A stretch of 64,000 nt of DNA from Dehalococcoidales bacterium. Lineage in GTDB: Bacteria > Chloroflexota > Dehalococcoidia > Dehalococcoidales > UBA1222. The notes beneath the pieces are model-generated. The model was given only the letters and a program-made list of their open reading frames with translations, did no database searches and had not been told where the DNA came from. The translations under genes were made by a program, and so were the position numbers. The stretch lies in assembly GCA_016284035.1 (NCBI GenBank), contig JAEEOC010000057.1, positions 4,903-68,902 on the forward strand, written 5' to 3'. This document shows, in pieces, positions 59,047-64,000 of the stretch (the stretch's first letter is position 1; each line of letters begins with the position of its first letter).

Positions 59047-60294
59047 ATGTATCAAGCACCTAGAGGCACTCAAGACAAACTGCCTGAAGATCAGGCTTAC
59101 TGGAAATACGTAGAAGATACCGCAGCAGAAGTTGCCGCGCTATATCATTACTCACGACTGGACACTCCTGTATTTGAAGACTCAGGACTGTTCATACGTG
59201 GTGTTGGAGAAGGTACGGATATCGTTGAGAAAGAGATGTATACATTTAACGATCTGGGCGGAAGCTCTGTGACACTGCGTCCGGAAGGTACTGCGCCTGT
59301 CTGCCGAGCTTATGTCGAACACGGTATGTCCAATCTTCCCCAGCCTGTAAAACTGTATTACATCATGTCGATCTTCCGATACGAAAGGCCTCAGGCCGGC
59401 CGTATGCGCCAGTTCCATCAGTTCGGTTTCGAGGCTTTGGGCGAATCCTCAGCGTTGCTGGATGCCGAAGTCATCGATATGTCCTGCTGTTTCTATAAGA
59501 AGCTGGGGCTCAAGGACCTTACACTCCTTGTTAACAACATCGGCTGCCCTGAATGTCGTCCGGCCTATCTCAAGACGCTCCGCGATTATTACCGCGACCA
59601 TCTGGGTGAAATGTGCGAGGACTGTAAGAACCGTTTTGAAAAGAACGTCCTGAGACTCCTTGATTGCAAGAAACCCAACTGCAAGGTCTTGGCTGATAAT
59701 GCACCCAAATCTATCGAACACCTTTGCGATGAATGCAGCGCTCATTTTGCTGCTCTCACAAAACGCCTGGATCAGTTAAAACTCGACTATGTGATCGACC
59801 ACAGGCTGGTCCGCGGCCTCGATTACTACACCAAGACCGTATTTGAGATCCAGCCTCTCATCGAAGGCGCACAGAGCACCATCGGCGGAGGCGGCAGATA
59901 CGACAAACTCATTGAAGAACTTGGCGGTAAACCCACCGAAGGTGTTGGCTTTGCAACCGGTCTCGAAAGAGTGATCCTGAACCTGAAACGCGCCGGAATC
60001 GAGCCTCCGAAATCCGACAAGCCTGACGTATTCGTCATCTGGTGTGGAGAAAACACCCTGGACATGGCAGGACATATCACATCCGCACTGCGAGAAAACG
60101 GGGTCCCTGTTGCTACCGTGTACTCACCCAGATCTATGAAAGCACAGATGCGACAGGCCAACACTTTTGGCTCACGTTATGTCATCATAATCGGTGAATC
60201 TGAAGCCGAGAACAAGAACTATACGTTCAAAGATATGCAGAACAATACTCAGGAAACTCTGACCGAAGAAGAGCTGCTGAAGCGTTTAAGCTAG
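59047..60294 (+). CDS. hisS: Histidine--tRNA ligase
   Basis: 415 aa with PRGTQD, LRPEGTA, FRYERPQAGRMRQF and GGGRYD. Confidence 0.97.
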   Translation: MYQAPRGTQDKLPEDQAYWKYVEDTAAEVAALYHYSRLDTPVFEDSGLFIRGVGEGTDIVEKEMYTFNDLGGSSVTLRPEGTAPVCRAYVEHGMSNLPQPVKLYYIMSIFRYERPQAGRMRQFHQFGFEALGESSALLDAEVIDMSCCFYKKLGLKDLTLLVNNIGCPECRPAYLKTLRDYYRDHLGEMCEDCKNRFEKNVLRLLDCKKPNCKVLADNAPKSIEHLCDECSAHFAALTKRLDQLKLDYVIDHRLVRGLDYYTKTVFEIQPLIEGAQSTIGGGGRYDKLIEELGGKPTEGVGFATGLERVILNLKRAGIEPPKSDKPDVFVIWCGENTLDMAGHITSALRENGVPVATVYSPRSMKAQMRQANTFGSRYVIIIGESEAENKNYTFKDMQNNTQETLTEEELLKRLS

Positions 60295-61212
60295 GACACA
60301 TCCGGCAGGAAAACCATTGCCTCTGGCGTAATCGCATGCCGGCATGGCTTTTTTTCCTTCAGGCTGTATCGTTCCGAGCCTGAGGAGACCATGTCCTGTC
60401 ACGACATCTACGTCCCGTTTAGACAGGATCACCGTACCGGGTTTTTCATCAGTTTCTGCTAAAACGACCGTACATGTCAGGATCTTCAAAAGTTTTCCGT
60501 CGATATGGGTAAAGGTGCCGGGCCACGGCTGGAGTGCTCTTACCCGATTTCGGATCGCGACAGCATCTAAGGACCAATCGATAAGCCCGTCTTCTTTTTT
60601 CATCATCCTGAAATAAGTCGCTTCGGTTGAGTCCTGTGGCCGAGGAATGACCAGTCCAGCTGTCCAACGGGGAAGGAAATCAGACATCATTGATGCTGAA
60701 ATGAAGGAGAGTTTAGACATCAGGCTGGCAGTAGTATCTTCCGATCTGATCAGGACCTTAGACACGGCAAGGATATCTCCGGTGTCCCAACCGGAATCCA
60801 TTTTCATGATCGTGACACCACCCCAGGTGTCCCCTGACAGGAGCGTTGAAACAACCGGCGCCGCCCCACGATGTCTGGGAAGGATCGAGGGGTGGACATT
60901 GATACAGCCGAAAGCAGGAAGGTTCAGGACAGCATCCGGGAGGAAAAGACCGTATGCCACGACGATGATGATGTCCGGCGCAAGCGCCTTGAGCTCATCC
61001 TGGACAGCAGTGTCTTTCAGTGTCAAAGGTTGTTTGATTATAAAACCCCTGGACAAAGCATAGGATTTGACAGGGGATATATGCAGGGTCTGTCCACGGC
61101 CTGCGGGTTTATCCGGCTGGGTATAGACAGCAGCAATCTGATGTCCGTCCTCGACAAGTCTTGTCAGAACAGGCACAGCAAAATCCGGGCTGCCCATAAA
61201 TACGATCTTCAT
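60286..61212 (-). CDS. fmt: Methionyl-tRNA formyltransferase
   Basis: 308 aa with KIVFMGSPDFAVP, NVHPSILPRHRGAAP and a C-terminal OB-like domain. It overlaps the hisS 3' end by 9 nt (convergent). Confidence 0.95.
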   Translation of the reverse strand: MKIVFMGSPDFAVPVLTRLVEDGHQIAAVYTQPDKPAGRGQTLHISPVKSYALSRGFIIKQPLTLKDTAVQDELKALAPDIIIVVAYGLFLPDAVLNLPAFGCINVHPSILPRHRGAAPVVSTLLSGDTWGGVTIMKMDSGWDTGDILAVSKVLIRSEDTTASLMSKLSFISASMMSDFLPRWTAGLVIPRPQDSTEATYFRMMKKEDGLIDWSLDAVAIRNRVRALQPWPGTFTHIDGKLLKILTCTVVLAETDEKPGTVILSKRDVDVVTGHGLLRLGTIQPEGKKAMPACDYARGNGFPAGCVLA

Positions 61213-61569
61213 GTCGTCATTCTATCACTTAGGGTCTTTTTATAGCTATTTTTGACGATTTTATGTCAACAAATCGATGTCAAATAATTATGTTTTGTGG
61301 CATAAATATTTGACATAAAAGACAATGGTAAAAAGCAATATTTTTCTTTTTGTCAAATCATCTTAAAATTGAGAAAGATGACGAAAAATCGGGAAAATTG
61401 ACGAAAATTGAAGTAAAATTTGTTTATTCCCTTTTAGATTCCAAGGGATATGCCATAGTTTCCTGTTGAAGCGCTTATTCACGGACCATGTTATCATATT
61501 GGTGTAAAGAAAAGAACTGATTTTTCAGTTTCTTTTTTTTACGATAGAGAGAGGTAATTTAACAAACTT
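61213..61569. other. AT-rich dnaA-upstream region; candidate oriC and/or dnaA control region
   Basis: It lies immediately 5' of dnaA. It contains multiple TTGAC(A/G)/TGTCAA motifs, a 40-bp palindrome (61277-61316) and phased A-tracts (61381-61420). Canonical TTATCCACA boxes are not evident. Confidence 0.4.
61381..61420 (+). repeat. Four phased A-tracts with 10-bp periodicity
   Basis: ACGAAAAATC / GGGAAAATTG / ACGAAAATTG / AAGTAAAATT fall in consecutive 10-nt blocks. Confidence 0.7.
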
Positions 61570-62880
61570 ATGGAGCCTGCCGAGAGTATTTGGAAAGCGG
61601 TGCTAGGTGTTATACAGCTAGCCGTCACCAAATCTAACTATAAAACTTGGTTTGCTGACACAAAAGGCCTGTCGATGACAGACAAGACTTTTGTGGTCGG
61701 TGTGAAAGATGATTTTACTGCTGCCTGTTTGAAGCAAAACCACCTTCCTTTGGTGGAGAGACATCTTTTCAAACAGATCGGCAGGAAAGTATCAGTTGAA
61801 TTCACCGTGGATTGGGATCCGTCCCGACCTGCCACCCAGGAAGACAAGAACATCTGTGCGCTTTACCATCTGCGCCCGGAGCTTTCTTTTGAGAACTTTG
61901 TGGTCGGTCCTTCCAACCAGCTTGCTCATGCCGCCGCACTCAGCATCGCTGACGGAAATGCTGATAACCAATTCAATCCGCTCTTTATCTGTGCATCTCC
62001 CGGCTTAGGCAAGACACATCTGCTTCAGGCTATCGGGCAGAGATCGGTCGAGCATAATCTCAGGCCGCTTTATACTTCCTGCTCATCTTTGATATCGGAA
62101 TGCATCCGCTCCTTCTCCAACGGCACGACCGATATGGTCAAGGAAAAATATGCATCTGCCGATGTGCTCATGGTGGATGATATCCACGACCTTGCCGGCA
62201 AAGAAGCAACACAGGATATTTTCTTCAGCATCTTCAACTCCGCCAGAGAAGCCGGACATCAGATCGTAGTGACATCCGACAGAACTCCGGCCGATATGGA
62301 CCGCATTGCAGACCGACTCAAGAGCCGCTTCGAATGGGGTCTGATCACCGATATCCAGGCGCCGGAATATGAGACCAGATTGGCAATCATCAAGACCCGT
62401 GTCCATGGAAGGCAGGTCGATCTCTCTGACGAGATGATTTCTGCCATTGCCGAGGCACCGTGCACCAGCATCCGCGAACTGGAAGGCAGACTCAACAAAG
62501 TTATTGCTTATGCGACATTGCTGAAAGAACCGATCACGATGGACATCATAAAGAAAGCTTTACGCGGACAGAATCATGTTCCATCCTGTGACAGCAGTTC
62601 TGACATCGATGGTCTCATCAAAGATATTGCTTCTTCGTTTGGGGTGACCCCCGAAAAGATACTTGGTTCCGACAGAGACCAGAAGACTGCTCTTGCCAGA
62701 CAGGTCGCGATGTATGTTCTGAAACAGCGAGGCCTGTCTCTTGCTGCAGCAGGGCAGGCTGTCGGCAACCGCAATGCTTCGACCGTTTCCCACGCTGTAA
62801 ATAAGGTTGAACAGCTCATTGTGACCGACAGCGAGTTGCTCGATATCGTATCGAAACTCTGTCCCGGTCTTTCAAAGTAG
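61570..62880 (+). CDS. dnaA: Chromosomal replication initiator protein DnaA
   Basis: 436 aa with an N-terminal W..VL......S...Y.TW motif, Walker A GLGKTHL, box VII and a C-terminal HTH (DQKTALARQVAMY...GNRNASTVSHA). Confidence 0.97.
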   Translation: MEPAESIWKAVLGVIQLAVTKSNYKTWFADTKGLSMTDKTFVVGVKDDFTAACLKQNHLPLVERHLFKQIGRKVSVEFTVDWDPSRPATQEDKNICALYHLRPELSFENFVVGPSNQLAHAAALSIADGNADNQFNPLFICASPGLGKTHLLQAIGQRSVEHNLRPLYTSCSSLISECIRSFSNGTTDMVKEKYASADVLMVDDIHDLAGKEATQDIFFSIFNSAREAGHQIVVTSDRTPADMDRIADRLKSRFEWGLITDIQAPEYETRLAIIKTRVHGRQVDLSDEMISAIAEAPCTSIRELEGRLNKVIAYATLLKEPITMDIIKKALRGQNHVPSCDSSSDIDGLIKDIASSFGVTPEKILGSDRDQKTALARQVAMYVLKQRGLSLAAAGQAVGNRNASTVSHAVNKVEQLIVTDSELLDIVSKLCPGLSK

Positions 62881-62999
62881 ACCTTTTTGGTCGACCATAT
62901 GCCTACTCAAGTGTAATTTACGCCTGTCTTTATGCTATAATTCTATAGTTGATTAATTAGCTTTATTGCAATCGTTTTATTCGTGAGGAGTTGTGCGTT

Positions 63000-64000
63000 A
63001 TGGATGAAGAAACCTCGAAAGTGAATCAGCCAGAAGAATATTCTGCATCTGATATCCAAGTCTTAGAGGGTCTGGAAGCTGTCCGAAAACGACCGGGCAT
63101 GTATATCGGTTCTACAGACCGACGCGGCCTCCATCATTTGGTATATGAGATCGTCTATAACAGTGTAGACGAGGCCATGAGCGGTTCCTGCGACAAGATC
63201 ATCGTCACGATCCATAAAGATGAATCTATTTCTGTGGAAGATAATGGCCGAGGTATCCCTGTCGATATCCATCCGACGACTCACAAATCTGCTCTCGAGA
63301 CCATCATGACAGTTCTGCATGCCGGCGGTAAGTTCGGCGGCAAAGCATATCAGGTCTCCGGCGGTCTCCACGGTGTCGGCGCCTCTGTCGTAAATGCACT
63401 TTCCGCCCACACTGAAGTCGAAGTCAAACGAAACGGCCACATCTATAAACAGACCTACAGCCGAGGCCACGTGACAAGCGATTTGCAGATCATCGGCGAC
63501 TGTGAAGGAACCGGCACGACCGTTACATTCCTTCCTGATAATCAGATCTTCACCGAGACCGTCTTCGAACTCGACACCCTTACCGAAAGGATCCGTGAGA
63601 TCGCTTATCTTAACCGCGGACTCGAGATCGAGCTCAACGATGAACGTGTAGATTCATATATGTCCTATTTCTTCGAGGGTGGTATCGCCGGGTTCGTCCG
63701 CCGTCTCAACCGCAACAGGACTGCGATACACCCGCATCCCATCTCGCTGATGCGTCAGACCGATAAGTATTCCGTGGAAGTTGCTTTCCAATATACGGAG
63801 AATTACACCGATAATACTTTTTCCTTCGCCAACTGCGTCAACACCCAGGACGGCGGTACTCATCTGACCGGTTTCCGAACCGCTCTCACCCGCTGTCTCA
63901 ACGATTATGCCCGTCGCAACGGCATCCTCAAGGACAATGATAACAACCTTACCGGTGATGACGTCCGCGAAGGCATCACCGCCATCGTTTCAGTAAAACT
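63000..64000 (+). CDS. gyrB: DNA gyrase subunit B, N-terminal part (runs off the right edge)
   Basis: My own translation from the ATG at 63000 reads MDEETSKVNQPEEYSASDIQVLEGLEAVRKRPGMYIGST...HHLVYEIVYNSVDEA...GGLHGVG. A GAGGAG ribosome-binding site lies upstream. It is absent from the ORF track because it has no stop in the window. Confidence 0.96.
   Translation, partial: MDEETSKVNQPEEYSASDIQVLEGLEAVRKRPGMYIGSTDRRGLHHLVYEIVYNSVDEAMSGSCDKIIVTIHKDESISVEDNGRGIPVDIHPTTHKSALETIMTVLHAGGKFGGKAYQVSGGLHGVGASVVNALSAHTEVEVKRNGHIYKQTYSRGHVTSDLQIIGDCEGTGTTVTFLPDNQIFTETVFELDTLTERIREIAYLNRGLEIELNDERVDSYMSYFFEGGIAGFVRRLNRNRTAIHPHPISLMRQTDKYSVEVAFQYTENYTDNTFSFANCVNTQDGGTHLTGFRTALTRCLNDYARRNGILKDNDNNLTGDDVREGITAIVSVK

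Noticed and set aside
61213-61569. Canonical DnaA boxes (TTATCCACA/TGTGGATAA).
   Set aside because: The best manual matches have two or more mismatches (TTATTCACG; TGTGGCATA has three). I therefore do not annotate individual DnaA boxes and keep the oriC call at low confidence.

Overview
This is a gene-dense 64-kb stretch of core chromosome from an anaerobic bacterium; I cannot place the phylum without a database search. It holds about 60 protein genes and three tRNAs: Ser-GCU, a CAU-anticodon tRNA and Pro-CGG. I saw no rRNA, CRISPR array, transposase, integrase or prophage.

Recognisable genes:
- Replication and topology: dnaA followed directly by gyrB at the right edge, and gyrA about 17 kb to the left.
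- Heat shock: a CIRCE-controlled hrcA-grpE-dnaK-dnaJ operon and a CIRCE-controlled hsp20.
- Other housekeeping: gatB, secG, nrdD-nrdG, queA, ruvC, yebC, acpS, ybeY, coaE-lspA-rluD, surE, lysC, tilS, greA, def, fmt, hisS and yggS.
- Anaerobe-type enzymes: an IorA-like fragment, a B12-binding radical SAM enzyme, a 1411-aa double-activase/dehydratase-like fusion, a fused MetF/MTHFR_C reductase and an iron-sulfur flavoprotein.

I did not find an unmistakable novel multi-gene system. The best candidates are individual oddities:
- a TIM-barrel::acyl-CoA-synthetase fusion (3847-6453);
- an 820-aa DUF4116-like repeat protein with duplicated terminal modules (52840-55302);
- a low-GC islet next to a tRNA carrying a T5orf172/DUF4357-like gene (29221-29889);
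- a TPR/polyacidic-tail protein translationally coupled to gyrA (41383-42207);
- variant CIRCE operators bracketing the hsp20 promoter;
- a dnaA-upstream region rich in TTGAC/GTCAA palindromes and phased A-tracts but lacking canonical DnaA boxes.

All family names come from my reading of the translations and motifs, not from searches.
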